Counted from the first letter of the whole stretch, positions 34,211 to 44,137 are shown. The stretch is DNA of 63,869 bases, filler included, from an uncultured bacterium (GCA_964372275.1; 6 parts of 5 records of this genome joined end to end with filler, not necessarily neighbours in it); one strand, 5' to 3'. Notes: a model not told the origin generated them from the letters alone. Program-made: numbers and translations.

Positions 34211-34687
34211 CTACGTCTCGTCCTTCGACGGAAGTCGCGGACGCTGCGCCTCGAGCTCGGCCGTCGCCGGGTCGGCAACGGACGCCGCGCTGCCTGCGCG
34301 CATCGACGCCAGCTTGGCGACGACGTCGGGGACCAGGTCGATCACGCGGGCCAGCTGGTTGATCGTCCCCTTCATCGGAAGGAGCTGCGGCGGCTTCCCC
34401 TCCGGGGGGACGACGATGAAGCCGACCGGCTCGACCGAGATCCCGCCGCCGGTGCCGCCGACCGAGATGTTCCCCCGGCGGGAGTCGCCGTTGACCTGGC
34501 CGCCGGCGTCGGAGCCGCCGGCCGCGAAGCCGATCACCACCTTGGAGATCGGAATGATCGTCGTCTTGTCGGCGACGATCGGCTGGCCTGTGACCGTCTC
34601 CGCCTTGGAGATCGACTGCAGCTGCCCCAGGAGGACCTTCAGGATCTGCTCGACGGTGCTGCCGCCACGTCCGTTCTGCTCCGCCAT
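34211..34687 (-). CDS. YtfJ/GerW family protein
   Basis: ETVTGQPIVADKTTIIPISKVVIGFAAGGS...GGTGGGISVEPVGFIVV. Confidence 0.85.
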   Translation of the reverse strand: MAEQNGRGGSTVEQILKVLLGQLQSISKAETVTGQPIVADKTTIIPISKVVIGFAAGGSDAGGQVNGDSRRGNISVGGTGGGISVEPVGFIVVPPEGKPPQLLPMKGTINQLARVIDLVPDVVAKLASMRAGSAASVADPATAELEAQRPRLPSKDET

Positions 34688-35367
34688 CGGTCCTCCTTGG
34701 CCGCCTTCCATCGCGAGATCCTCGCCCGGAAGGCGGCGATTCCCAAGCATACGATCGCGGCAAGGACCGGCCACGGGAAAATCCGGCCCTTTGCCGTCCC
34801 TTTCACCTCCAGGCGCGGGCCGCCCCAGAACGCCTCCCCGGTGAGCGTGAACGGCGGGGGCAGGAGCGCGCTCGCGGTCCAGATCGCCGCCGAGACGATC
34901 CCGGTGGTGGCCGGATCGCCGGTGCCGACGACGGTGTCGAAGGAAAGCGCGTCGAGCCGCGCCGACCGACGAAACCGCTCGCGCTCCGCGTCGAAGGCCT
35001 CGCGGAGCGCTCCCCGCCACGCCGCCGCGCCCGGATCGGCGGCCTCCTCGCGGCCGCCGCGCGCCCACGTCTCGACGGCCGAGAGGCCGCGGCGCGAGAG
35101 CGACCGTGTCGCGCGCCAGAGCCGGTCGGCGTCGAGCGGAAGGCCGACCACCTCCGCCGAAAGCTCGGGCGGGCGTGGGTCGCCCGTCAGCCAGGCATCG
35201 GCATCGGAGCGTCCGACGCCCACGTCGAGCCGGATGGCGGGATGCCGGATCGACAGCCGGACCCAGGCACCTTCGTCGGGCGCAGTGAGCGCCACCTCGA
35301 CCGGCGTCGCGAGGCAGATCGCGAACACGGCGGCCACCGCGAGCAGCGCGAGAAGGAGAACGATCAC
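34639..35367 (-). CDS. DUF2953 (YtfI-like) membrane-anchored protein
   Basis: N-terminal TM helix; VGTGDPATTGIVSAAIW motif; directly upstream of the YtfJ gene. Confidence 0.65.
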   Translation of the reverse strand: MIVLLLALLAVAAVFAICLATPVEVALTAPDEGAWVRLSIRHPAIRLDVGVGRSDADAWLTGDPRPPELSAEVVGLPLDADRLWRATRSLSRRGLSAVETWARGGREEAADPGAAAWRGALREAFDAERERFRRSARLDALSFDTVVGTGDPATTGIVSAAIWTASALLPPPFTLTGEAFWGGPRLEVKGTAKGRIFPWPVLAAIVCLGIAAFRARISRWKAAKEDRWRSRTDVAAAPSSRS

Positions 35368-36482
35368 GCGATCGGGATGGCCGTCGCCTCGGCGCCCGGC
35401 GCGACCTCGAGCAGGGCGATCGCCTCCGCCGGCACCGCGACGGTCGTCTCGCCGATCTCGCCCGCCGTCGCCACCGCGCGGAACGACCCGGCGTCGGGCT
35501 CCACGCCGATCAGCAGCGTCGCGGGCCGGGCCGGCGATGTTCGCCCTTCGGGCTTGTCGGGGGACCGGCGCGCGCGTACGCGCTCCTCGGGGGTCTCCCC
35601 CGAACCCCCGGCCGAACCCCCGGCGGTCACGAGCGTGCGCCGGACGGAGCGCTTGATCAGCGTGATCTCGTCGCGCTCGGCGACGTAGTGGGGCCCGCCG
35701 TCGAACGGGTCGACGTGGTTGGCGTAGCGGAAGCCGATCGAGGTGAGGAAAGTGAGGGCGGGCTTGGCCCCCTCGTCGACCGCGCCGATCACCTCCTGCG
35801 CCTCCTTCGGCAAGAGCGTCACGTAGATCGGATAGGTGGGGAACAGCTTCTCGACGAACTCCTTGTCGGTTCGCCAACGCCGGTCGGCCTCCTCGTAGGA
35901 CAGGCCGGTGAACTTGGCGCCGAGCGCGTCCCACAGCGGACTCCACCCCTCCTTCACCTTCGGCGGGAGCATCTCGGAGAGGACCGTCGGCTGGAACCGC
36001 TCGCGCCGCATCGCCATGTAGAGGAACCGCACGTAGGAGAGCTGGGCCCCGAGTCCCACTCCGCTCGCGGTCGGCGTCTTGCGGTGGGCCGGATCGACGA
36101 GCAGGCCGCCGATCTCGGTCGGGCCCTCGTAGCTGTGCACCAGCTCGAGGGTGCGGTGGACCATCCGCACGTCGAGAGAGGCGCTGTAGTTCTCCTCCGT
36201 CCCCACCTCGAACGAGATGTGCGGCGCCAGGCGCGTCCCGTGCTGGCCGATGATCGCCGATGTCCCCCGCACCGTCCCCGCGCCGTCTTCGAGGACGAAG
36301 AGGTATTCGCCCCGTCGCGGCTCGTTCCCGGGGAAGGTGCCGGCGAAGGAGGCGATCGACAGCTCGATCCGGTGACGGAGCTCGTCCCGGTCGGCCGGGA
36401 GGTTGAGCATGTGCGTCGTCGACGCCAGGCGGAACAGCGCCTCGAGGTCCTCCGGCCTCGCCCCTCGCAGGCGGTGGCTCAC
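35364..36482 (-). CDS. astA: Arginine N-succinyltransferase
   Basis: NLPAD, YLFVLED, GPTEIGGLLVDP, LSYVRFLYM, SPLWDALG, VDPFDGGP. Confidence 0.88.
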   Translation of the reverse strand: MSHRLRGARPEDLEALFRLASTTHMLNLPADRDELRHRIELSIASFAGTFPGNEPRRGEYLFVLEDGAGTVRGTSAIIGQHGTRLAPHISFEVGTEENYSASLDVRMVHRTLELVHSYEGPTEIGGLLVDPAHRKTPTASGVGLGAQLSYVRFLYMAMRRERFQPTVLSEMLPPKVKEGWSPLWDALGAKFTGLSYEEADRRWRTDKEFVEKLFPTYPIYVTLLPKEAQEVIGAVDEGAKPALTFLTSIGFRYANHVDPFDGGPHYVAERDEITLIKRSVRRTLVTAGGSAGGSGETPEERVRARRSPDKPEGRTSPARPATLLIGVEPDAGSFRAVATAGEIGETTVAVPAEAIALLEVAPGAEATAIPIA

Positions 36483-37936
36483 GTCACCGCCCCCCCGCCG
36501 CCGCGCGCGGCCGCCCCCGACGACTCCGACGCGCCTCCGGTGCCCGCGCGCGCCCGCGCGACCTCCTCCAGCGCGTCGCCGAGGATCCCGATCCCGGCGC
36601 GAAGGTCGTCCTCGGTGACGGCGCCACCGGGGAGGAGCAGCCGGATCTTGGTCGGATGGTGGCCCGCCATGAAGGCGATCACGCCGCGCTCGTAGGCGGC
36701 GCGGAGCACCTTGTTCACGGTCTCCGGCTCGCCGTCGAACGGGACGAACGAAACCATCGTCCCGATGGCGTGCGGGTCGCGAAGCCACCCCTTGCACCGC
36801 CCGGTCTCCAGCGCGCGCAGCGCCTCGAGCGCCGCGCGCTCGGTTCGGCCGTTTCGCCCGGCGTCGCCGTAGAACCCCTCGGTCGCCAGCCGTTCGATCA
36901 CGCGACGTCCGACCGCCAGCGAGACGGTGCTGCCGGAGAAGGTCCCGGAGAGGAGCCCGGGGTCGGGGGTCAACGCCTCGGTGTGCAACGTCGCCGCCAC
37001 CTGCGCGAGCTTCCCGATCGTGACGAGGTCGACCTCCTCCTCGAGGCCGAGCATCGTCGTCGCGAACAGCTCCCGGGTGCGGCCGAAGGTCTGGATCTCG
37101 TCGATCCACACCAGCACCCCGGCCGCTTTGAGCCGCGCGATCAGCCGCAGGAAGAAGTCGCGGGGCGCGGAGTTGAACCCCCCCTCCCCCTGGATCAGCT
37201 CGAACGCCATCGCCGAGATCTGATCGCCGCAGCGATGGAGGTGTTCCGTCACCGCTCGCTCGGCGCGATCGGTCGATCCGGCGGGGTCCTTGGGATCGAA
37301 GAACGGGACGTAGAGCGCCTCCCCGCGCAGCGGCTGCCCCTTGCGGTAGCCCGGGGAGTCGGTGATCTCCGCCATGGTGGTGGTGCGTCCGGCGAAGCAG
37401 TTCTGGAAGGCGAGGACGAACCGCGCCCCGGGCCTCTTCTGGCGCGCCACCTTGAGCGCGTTCTCGTTGGCGTCGGCGCCGCTGGTCGCCAGCCATGCGC
37501 GGTTCAGGCGCGCCGGCGCCCGGGAAAGCAGCTCGTCGAGGAAGGCGAGGTACTCGCGGTTCGGGTGCAGGTTCCCCTGCATCGCCACGTCGGCGAGCGC
37601 CGCGCGCGCCGCCGTCTCGAGCAGGTCGGGATCGGAGTGCCCGAAGAAGTTCGTCCCGATGGCGGTGATGAAGTCGTACTTCACGCTCCCGTCGGCCAGC
37701 TCGACCAACGCACCGCGTCCGAGTCCCGAGCCGACGATGCCGTCGAAAAACAGAGGGCGGCCCCGCCGCTGGTGGATCCGCCGGGCCAGCGCTCGCCCGA
37801 CCTCGGCGTCGACCGGCCGCCGGACCCCGGCGATCGCGCCGGCCGCGTCGACCACCCGCTTCACGGCGCGGCGAATTTCGTCGGCGAGCCCCGGATCCGC
37901 AGAGAGACGGTCGGCGATCGCGGGCGGGGCGGACAT
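36479..37936 (-). CDS. Class-III PLP aminotransferase (AstC/ArgD-like)
   Basis: SGADANENALK, FAGRT, ELIQGEGG, DEIQTFGRT, TIGK; coupled to astA. Confidence 0.85.
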   Translation of the reverse strand: MSAPPAIADRLSADPGLADEIRRAVKRVVDAAGAIAGVRRPVDAEVGRALARRIHQRRGRPLFFDGIVGSGLGRGALVELADGSVKYDFITAIGTNFFGHSDPDLLETAARAALADVAMQGNLHPNREYLAFLDELLSRAPARLNRAWLATSGADANENALKVARQKRPGARFVLAFQNCFAGRTTTMAEITDSPGYRKGQPLRGEALYVPFFDPKDPAGSTDRAERAVTEHLHRCGDQISAMAFELIQGEGGFNSAPRDFFLRLIARLKAAGVLVWIDEIQTFGRTRELFATTMLGLEEEVDLVTIGKLAQVAATLHTEALTPDPGLLSGTFSGSTVSLAVGRRVIERLATEGFYGDAGRNGRTERAALEALRALETGRCKGWLRDPHAIGTMVSFVPFDGEPETVNKVLRAAYERGVIAFMAGHHPTKIRLLLPGGAVTEDDLRAGIGILGDALEEVARARAGTGGASESSGAAARGGGGAVT

Positions 37937-38006
37937 GAGGGCACGGTGTACCAATCCGGCGGGCCGTTGGTCAACGCGGGGACGAGCCGGATATGCTGGA
38001 GGTCGC

Positions 38007-38540
38007 ATGTTCGCCCGGCACGCCGATCTGTTGCGGAAGGAGGTGGTGGTCGTCGCCGGCGGCGTGACCTACCGGGGGGTGTTGATCGAGGTCACGGCGG
38101 AGGACGTCAAGCTCCGCGGCAAGACCGGTTGGATCCTGCTTCCGTTCGAGGCCGTCCGGTCGATCCGACGAGCCGACGAGGCGCTCCGAGGGTTCGACCC
38201 CCGCCGGTCGGTCGGGGCCGAGTTCTACGAACCGGAGCGTCCGACCGTCGCTGCCGACGGAGCAGCCGCGGAGTTGGTGCTGGAGCCGGCGCCGGAGTCG
38301 GAGCCCCCGGCGGAGCTCGTCCTCGAGACCGTTCGCGAGCCGCCGGCGGAGCTGGTCCTCGAACCGGCCCCTGAAACGCCCGCCGCCGTTCTCCCGACGC
38401 CGCCGGCGGTCGATCCGCTCGTGGCGGCCGCCGCGGCGTTCGAGGACGACGGCGAGGAGCCGATCCCGGCCTCGGAGCTGCTCGCCACCCCCGCGGCCGA
38501 CGACGAGAAGACCCCTCCCGATCCGTCGCGGCGCGAGTGA
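38007..38540 (+). CDS. Hypothetical protein: Sm/LSm-like N-domain plus acidic Pro-rich tail with three AELVLE repeats
   Basis: LLRKEVVVVAGGVTYRGVLIEVTAEDVKLRGKTGWILLPFEAVRSI; RBS GGAGG. Confidence 0.65.
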   Translation: MFARHADLLRKEVVVVAGGVTYRGVLIEVTAEDVKLRGKTGWILLPFEAVRSIRRADEALRGFDPRRSVGAEFYEPERPTVAADGAAAELVLEPAPESEPPAELVLETVREPPAELVLEPAPETPAAVLPTPPAVDPLVAAAAAFEDDGEEPIPASELLATPAADDEKTPPDPSRRE

Positions 38541-38562
38541 CCGGCGTGCTACACCTTCCGTC

Positions 38563-38737
38563 GTGAAGATCGCGACCTGGAACGTCAATTCGATCCGGGT
38601 TCGACTCGAGAGGGTCGTCGCCTGGCTCGAGCACCATGCGCCGGACGTCCTCTGCCTGCAGGAGCTCAAGGCCGAGGAGAAGAACCTGCCGCGGGAGGCG
38701 TTCGAGAAGACGGGCTACCGTTGCGCCGCGCACTGCC
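38563..38737 (+). CDS. xth: Exodeoxyribonuclease III (3' partial)
   Basis: MKIATWNVNSIRVR...PDVLCLQELK. Confidence 0.9.
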
Positions 38738-38837
38738 NNNNNNNNNNNNNNNNNNNNNNNNNNNNNNNNNNNNNNNNNNNNTTAATTAATTAANNNNNNN
38801 NNNNNNNNNNNNNNNNNNNNNNNNNNNNNNNNNNNNN
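38738..38837. other. Artificial contig linker
   Basis: N-run + TTAATTAATTAA + N-run. Confidence 0.98.
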
Positions 38838-40054
38838 CGCTCACCGAGGCGGAGCTCGACGTCGAGCTCGGCGACGCCGACGAGGTCGTGATCGGCGGCC
38901 GGCTCTCCTGGCTCAAGATCCTGATCGCGCTGCAGGCGCATGCCGCGACCGGCGTTCTGCGCGCCAGTCGTCGCGGGGAGACCAAGAGCTTCCTCGTCTA
39001 CCAAGGGCGCCTCGTCGACTCGATGGCCCAGCCGGCGCGCGAGGAGGAGTCGCTGCTCCAGGTCGCGAAGAGACGGAACCTCGTCCGTCCCGATCGTCTC
39101 CGGGCGTTCGAAGAGGCCTTCCGCGCGGCCCCCACCGAGCTCGTGGCGATCTCCGACTTCGGCGGCTGGTCTCCGGCCGAGGCCGACCGGGCGCGTCGCT
39201 GGCAGCTGCTCGAGCGATGCGCCGACGTGGTGGGGTGGGAGCGCGGCCGCTACCGCTTCGAGCCGAACGGCGATCGCCGCTGGGCACGCGCCACCACCGG
39301 CGTGCCGGTCGGGCACGTCGTCCTTCACGGCGTCCGGTGGCACCTGCGTGGAAGCGGCGACGAGCTCCAGCGTCTGTTCGGACCGATGCTCGACCGGACG
39401 GTCCGTCCGGTGGCGGCGAGCGGATTCGAGCCGACGAAGGTCGGGTTCGGCGAGAAGGAGCTGACGCTGTGGTCGAGCCTCGCCGGCCGGACGACGCTCC
39501 GTCGGCTGCTCGACGCGCCTCCGCTCCCGGTCTCCCAGGCCTATCGCGTCGTCTTCGCGCTCTGGCGCCTCGGCGCGTTCGCCTTCGACGACGAACCGAC
39601 CGCTCCTCCCTCCGACCGCGCGCATTGGCTCCTGGATCGCGTCGCCCGGTGGAGGGAGCTCGACCCCTTCGGCCGCCTGGGACTCGGTTGGACCGCCGCC
39701 GGGGAGCAGGTGCTCGCCGGATGGAACGCCTTCCAGGCTTCGCTGTCGGCGGACCTCGCTTCCACCGGTCCCGCGGCGGTGGCGGCGGCCGAGCTCCTCG
39801 CGCTCGGAGACGAGGCGTTCAAGCTCCTTTCGAACGGAACGTCGCGCCGGAAGATCCGCAAGCAGTGCGTCGCCGACGCCGCGAGGCTGGAGGCGGCGGC
39901 GGAACTGCTCGAGGATCGGGCCGAGGCCCGGCGAAGGCTGGGCGACCTTTCCGGAGCGATCGCCTTGGCCGCGCGCGCCCACGACGTGGCCCCCGAAAAT
40001 CCCCGTTACCGGGAGCTGCTCTCGCGGATGCGCCCGTCGCCGGAGGGGACGTGA
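38838..40054 (+). CDS. DUF4388-domain protein with degenerate J-like domain and TPR (5' partial)
   Basis: ATGVLRASRRGETKSFLVYQG, WERGRYRF, DPFGRLGL...EAFKLL, and a C-terminal TPR-like helix pair. Confidence 0.6.
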
Positions 40055-40791
40055 CGCGCGCATCGCCCGCCGGGAGGTCGGCCCTTCGGGCCCCGGCGGG
40101 GGATCCACCGATCCCCGGCCCGTCGGCCCAATTGGCCGAGAGCCTGGCGCGGAGGCTGGGGACATCGGTCGAGGTCGTTCTCACCGAGAACGCGACGACG
40201 ATGGTCAGCTATCGCTGGCGGACGGCGCACAAGGTGGTGGTGCGCCTCCACCGGATGTTCGAGGACGCGCACGCGTCGATCCTCGACTCGATCGCCTCCT
40301 TCCTCCGAGGCCGCCGCGGCGCCCACAGCGGGCCGATGGACGACTTCATCCGCGAGAACCGCCACCGGATCCGCAAGCGCGAGCCGAGGTTCGAGGAGCT
40401 CAAGCTCAAGGGGCCCGTGGGGGAGGTGTACGACCTGCGCGAGATCCGCGACCGGCTCAATCGCCGCTTCTTCCGGGGCCACGTCACCGCGCGCATCACC
40501 TGGGGACGGATGCCGCCGAGGCGCCGCCGCCGCCACATCGGGTTCGGGGCCTACTACCGCGACCACGATCTGATCCGGATGAATCCGCTGCTCGACCAGC
40601 CGTGGGTGCCGCGGTACTTCGTGGAGTACATCGTGTATCACGAGATGTGCCACGCCTATCTCGCCTTCGACCTGTTCGGCCGCGACGGAATCCACACGCC
40701 GCGCTTCCGTGACCTGGAGCGCCGATTCCCTCGCCTCGAGAAGGCGCTCGCCTGGGAGAAGGCGAACCTCGACCGGTTGCTGTCTAGATGA
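40051..40791 (+). CDS. SprT-like zinc metalloprotease domain protein
   Basis: VRLHRMF, LNRRFF, IRMNPLLDQPWVPRYFVEYIVYHEMCH, HTPRF. Confidence 0.8.
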   Translation: MTRASPAGRSALRAPAGDPPIPGPSAQLAESLARRLGTSVEVVLTENATTMVSYRWRTAHKVVVRLHRMFEDAHASILDSIASFLRGRRGAHSGPMDDFIRENRHRIRKREPRFEELKLKGPVGEVYDLREIRDRLNRRFFRGHVTARITWGRMPPRRRRRHIGFGAYYRDHDLIRMNPLLDQPWVPRYFVEYIVYHEMCHAYLAFDLFGRDGIHTPRFRDLERRFPRLEKALAWEKANLDRLLSR

Positions 40792-41803
40792 AGATCTGGA
40801 CCTTGGCCTTCTTGCGGAGGCCGTCGACGAAGGTCTTGGCCATCTCCCCGGCGCGCTTCTCCTTCAGGAAGTCGACGATCTCCTTCTCGACCTCCTTGTA
40901 GGCGAGCGTTCCGCCGGCGCGCTTCTCCAGCACCTTGATGACGTGGAAGCCGTAGGGGGTCTCCACCACGTCGGAGATGTCGTTCGGATTCAGCGTGAAC
41001 GCCGCCTGTTCGAAGGCCGGGACCATCTCGCCGCGACGGAAGAAACCGAGGTCGCCGCCCTTGTCCTTGGAGCCGGGATCGTCGGAGTGGGCCTTGGCCA
41101 GCAACGAAAAATCCTTCTTCGCGCGTGCGTCCTCCAACACCCCGGCGGCCTCCCTTCGGGCCGCCTCACGCGCCTTGGCGTCGGCGTTCTTGTCGACCCC
41201 CACCAGCACGTGCGCCGCGCGCACCTCGTCGGGGGTGACGAACTGGTCGGTGTTCTCCTTGTAGAACTTCTCGGCCGCCGCCGGAGTGATCGACACCTTG
41301 GCCAGCACCTCCTTGTCGAGCAGCTTCTTGATCCCGAGCTGCTTCCGCACGTCGACGCGCAGCTGCTGCTCGGTGATCCCCTGCTCGCTGAGCGCCCGCT
41401 TGAACACCTCGTCCGAGGGGAAGCGATCCTTGAACTGACCGACGAACTCCTCGACCTCCGCATCGGCGACCTTCAACTTGCGCGCCGCCGCCTCCTGCGC
41501 GAGCAGCTCGGTGGCGATCAGGTCGTCGAGCAGGCCGCGGAACATCTCGTCCTTGCGGTCGACGGGGACCTGCTGTCCGACGATCGAAAGCTGCGCCTTC
41601 ACCGTCTCGACCGCGTTCTCCAGGTCGGCGCGCTTGATCTCGACGTCGTTCACCTTGGCGACGACCGCGGGGAGACTCTTCTCGTCGACGGGTCCGGCCG
41701 GGGAGGACTCCGCCGCCACCGCCTTCTTGGGTGCTTCGCCCGCGTTGGCGACGCCGGAGAACAGCATCGCGGCGAGCAGCAGGATCGGGCGGCGGGTCGG
41801 CAT
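40784..41803 (-). CDS. PpiC/parvulin-type peptidyl-prolyl isomerase (SurA/PrsA-like)
   Basis: Signal peptide; VRAAHVLV, SDDPGSKDKGGDLGFF, MVPAFEQAAF, VETPYGFHVIKV. Confidence 0.92.
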   Translation of the reverse strand: MPTRRPILLLAAMLFSGVANAGEAPKKAVAAESSPAGPVDEKSLPAVVAKVNDVEIKRADLENAVETVKAQLSIVGQQVPVDRKDEMFRGLLDDLIATELLAQEAAARKLKVADAEVEEFVGQFKDRFPSDEVFKRALSEQGITEQQLRVDVRKQLGIKKLLDKEVLAKVSITPAAAEKFYKENTDQFVTPDEVRAAHVLVGVDKNADAKAREAARREAAGVLEDARAKKDFSLLAKAHSDDPGSKDKGGDLGFFRRGEMVPAFEQAAFTLNPNDISDVVETPYGFHVIKVLEKRAGGTLAYKEVEKEIVDFLKEKRAGEMAKTFVDGLRKKAKVQIFI

Positions 41804-41901
41804 GGACGCTCCTACGGGGGTAAACGAGTGTGCAGTTGCGGCACATGATAGAGAGCGCTCCACCCCAGGGCAAGGAACCGGGGCGATCCGATCGGCGGCC
41901 T

Positions 41902-43269
41902 TCAGCGCAGGACGGCGTAGCGGGCGCTGCCGACGCCGGCGGCGAGCTCCCCTTCCAGGCCGAGACCGGGGAGGCAGTCGGCCCCCGTTCGTACCACCCC
42001 GCGCAACCCGCTCTTGAACGGACGGCTCTGCGACGGCACGCGAAAATACCCCGGGGTGCGCACGTGCTCCCAGGGATCACCCGGGTGGTCGGGTTCCAGG
42101 TCGCGCGCGTGTCCGATCGCCGGGAAGACGCCCCGCAGGTCGTCTTCGAGGAACGGAACGATCCCCCGCAGCCGATCGAACGCGCCGCGCATGGCGACGA
42201 TTCGCTCGGAGGGCGGACAGTCGGCCGGAAGCCGGCGGGTGACGGTCACGCGAGCCTCGTCGGCGTCGTCGCCGGGATGGCGCGACACCAGCATGGCGTC
42301 GTCCCCGTCCTCGGTCGCCAGGACGACGCGTGGCCCCATCCCGATCGGCAGCACCGCGATGCCGACGACGAGGTGCAGCGTGAATCGATCACTGACGATC
42401 TGCGCCGGCGCGGGAATCCGGCGTGGGCCCAAAAGCCCGCCCACCACCGGCGGCGAGCGTCGCGGGTCGAGGGCACTCATCACCACCGTCGCGGCCAGAC
42501 GCGACCCGTCGTCGAGGTCTACCGCGCGCACGCGGCCGAAGCGCTGACGCAGCGCCTTGACGCTCCGTTCGCGGAGGATCGTCACCCGCGCCGCTCGCAG
42601 CCGGTCGAGGAGCGTTTCGCGCAGCGTGAGCGGACCGCGCGGCGATTCGAGCAGGCCGCCGCGGACGGCGGCGAGCAGCCGGGCCGCCTCCATCGGATTC
42701 AACGCCCCGACCTCGCGGCGCCCGAGCGCCGACGCCACCGCCCGCGCGATCGGCTGGATGGGCGACGGGGCGATTCCCAGCAGGTCGTCGTGGGGCGACG
42801 GCTCCTTCGGATCGACCTTCCGGATGCTCCCGAGCGCCGCCCGCTCGAGATAGGGGAGGCTCTGCGCGCGCGCCCGTTCGAGGCGCGTCAGGTAGTCGAG
42901 GACGGCGCCGGTCGGGACGCCGGTCTCGCGGTTCACCTCCTGCGCCACGGCGCCGTTCGCCGGGACGAGGTCGACCCGGAGTCGCGGCGTTACCACCTGC
43001 AGAGGCGGATCGGCGCTCCGCAGCTCCTTGAGCTCGCTCCACGGGATCCCGGTGGCATGGGCCAGCCCCCGGATCGAGTCGTCGTCGACCGATCCGACGA
43101 CGGGACCGTCCTCCACCGGGAAGGGTCGTCCGCCGGCGGAGAACCACCAGGAGGGACGTTCGTGTGGGATCCACGCCACGCGCCGTCGCGCGGTGGCCAG
43201 CGTGGCCGCGGAGACCAGGGGTCCGAGTCCATCGCCGAGCACGATCGCGTCGAATCGGTCGTCGGCCAC
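41902..43269 (-). CDS. FAD-dependent oxidoreductase, phytoene dehydrogenase-like (divergent)
   Basis: FDAIVLGDGLGPLVSAATLA Rossmann motif; C-terminal GADCLPGLGLEG. Confidence 0.6.
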   Translation of the reverse strand: MADDRFDAIVLGDGLGPLVSAATLATARRRVAWIPHERPSWWFSAGGRPFPVEDGPVVGSVDDDSIRGLAHATGIPWSELKELRSADPPLQVVTPRLRVDLVPANGAVAQEVNRETGVPTGAVLDYLTRLERARAQSLPYLERAALGSIRKVDPKEPSPHDDLLGIAPSPIQPIARAVASALGRREVGALNPMEAARLLAAVRGGLLESPRGPLTLRETLLDRLRAARVTILRERSVKALRQRFGRVRAVDLDDGSRLAATVVMSALDPRRSPPVVGGLLGPRRIPAPAQIVSDRFTLHLVVGIAVLPIGMGPRVVLATEDGDDAMLVSRHPGDDADEARVTVTRRLPADCPPSERIVAMRGAFDRLRGIVPFLEDDLRGVFPAIGHARDLEPDHPGDPWEHVRTPGYFRVPSQSRPFKSGLRGVVRTGADCLPGLGLEGELAAGVGSARYAVLR

Positions 43270-43311
43270 GAGGGATCGGTAACACGATTCGCGGCCGGCG
43301 TTCGACCCCCT

Positions 43312-43364
43312 CAAAGTGACATTATGATTATTTATTGACATATAATTATACAAAATTTAATGTC
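43312..43364 (+). promoter_or_regulatory. AT-rich island with a sigma70-like promoter and palindromes
   Basis: TTGACA 43335-43340, 17 bp, TAATGT 43358-43363; TATAATTATA palindrome 43341-43350; GACATTA/TAATGTC inverted repeat. Confidence 0.7.
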
Positions 43365-43393
43365 GCCTCCGGATGGCAAGGAGGGATCGAACG

Positions 43394-44137
43394 ATGAAGG
43401 CGGCGATGGCGCGTCAAGCGGCGATGTCGGCGGCGTGGATGGCGGCGGCGGCGGTAGTGGCGATGGCGATGTTCTCCGGATCGGCCTGGGGGGCACAGGT
43501 CTTGGCCAGCGACGAGGCGTGGCTCGACACGCTTCGGCGCACGCGCGCGGCGCAGGAGAGCCTGGTCGCCCTCGGATTCCAGGTCGGCGCCGACGGTTTT
43601 CCCGGGCCGCGCACCCGGCAGGCGGTGATGGCTTTCCAGGCGGCGGCCGAGCTGGAACCGACCGGGCGCCTCGACCGCAGGACGCGCGACAAGCTCGCCG
43701 AGACGGCGCTCTACCTCGAGGCGACGCGGCTCGCCGCGAGGGCCAAGCGCGCGCGGTACGACGCCGAGCCGGTGAAGGAGGGGAAGGGCGATGCCCCGTT
43801 CGTCGACGAGATGCTGGTCACCGCCGAGACCGACGCGGAGGGCGTTCGGCTGGCCGCCGTCGACCTGCTCGCCGAGTTCCGCACCGCGCGTTCGCGCGCC
43901 GCGCTGGGGATCGTGCTGTTCGGCAACTCCCTCCCCGCCGCGCGCTCCGCCGCCGCCGAGAAGCTGGGGGCCTACGGCGACGCCGCCTCCCTCTACGCCC
44001 TGGCGCTGGCGCACCAGACCGAGACCGACGAGCTGGTCCGCGCGGTGATCGAGACCGAAATCGCCCGCAACCTCCCGGTCGAGATCAGCCCGTCGTTCGG
44101 GATCGCCGCCGCCGGCGGCCCCCCGCGGCTGCCGTAG
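43394..44137 (+). CDS. Secreted protein: peptidoglycan-binding domain plus HEAT-like repeats
   Basis: QESLVALGF...ADGFPGPRTRQAVMAFQAAAELEPTGRLDRRT; VRLAAVDLLA and ARSAAAEKLG. Confidence 0.8.
   Translation: MKAAMARQAAMSAAWMAAAAVVAMAMFSGSAWGAQVLASDEAWLDTLRRTRAAQESLVALGFQVGADGFPGPRTRQAVMAFQAAAELEPTGRLDRRTRDKLAETALYLEATRLAARAKRARYDAEPVKEGKGDAPFVDEMLVTAETDAEGVRLAAVDLLAEFRTARSRAALGIVLFGNSLPAARSAAAEKLGAYGDAASLYALALAHQTETDELVRAVIETEIARNLPVEISPSFGIAAAGGPPRLP

Noticed and set aside
41902-43269. Carotenoid pathway linking this phytoene-dehydrogenase-like gene with the CrtR-like gene at 12.7 kb
   Set aside because: They are on different contigs, and no crtB/crtE/crtY is present in the window.
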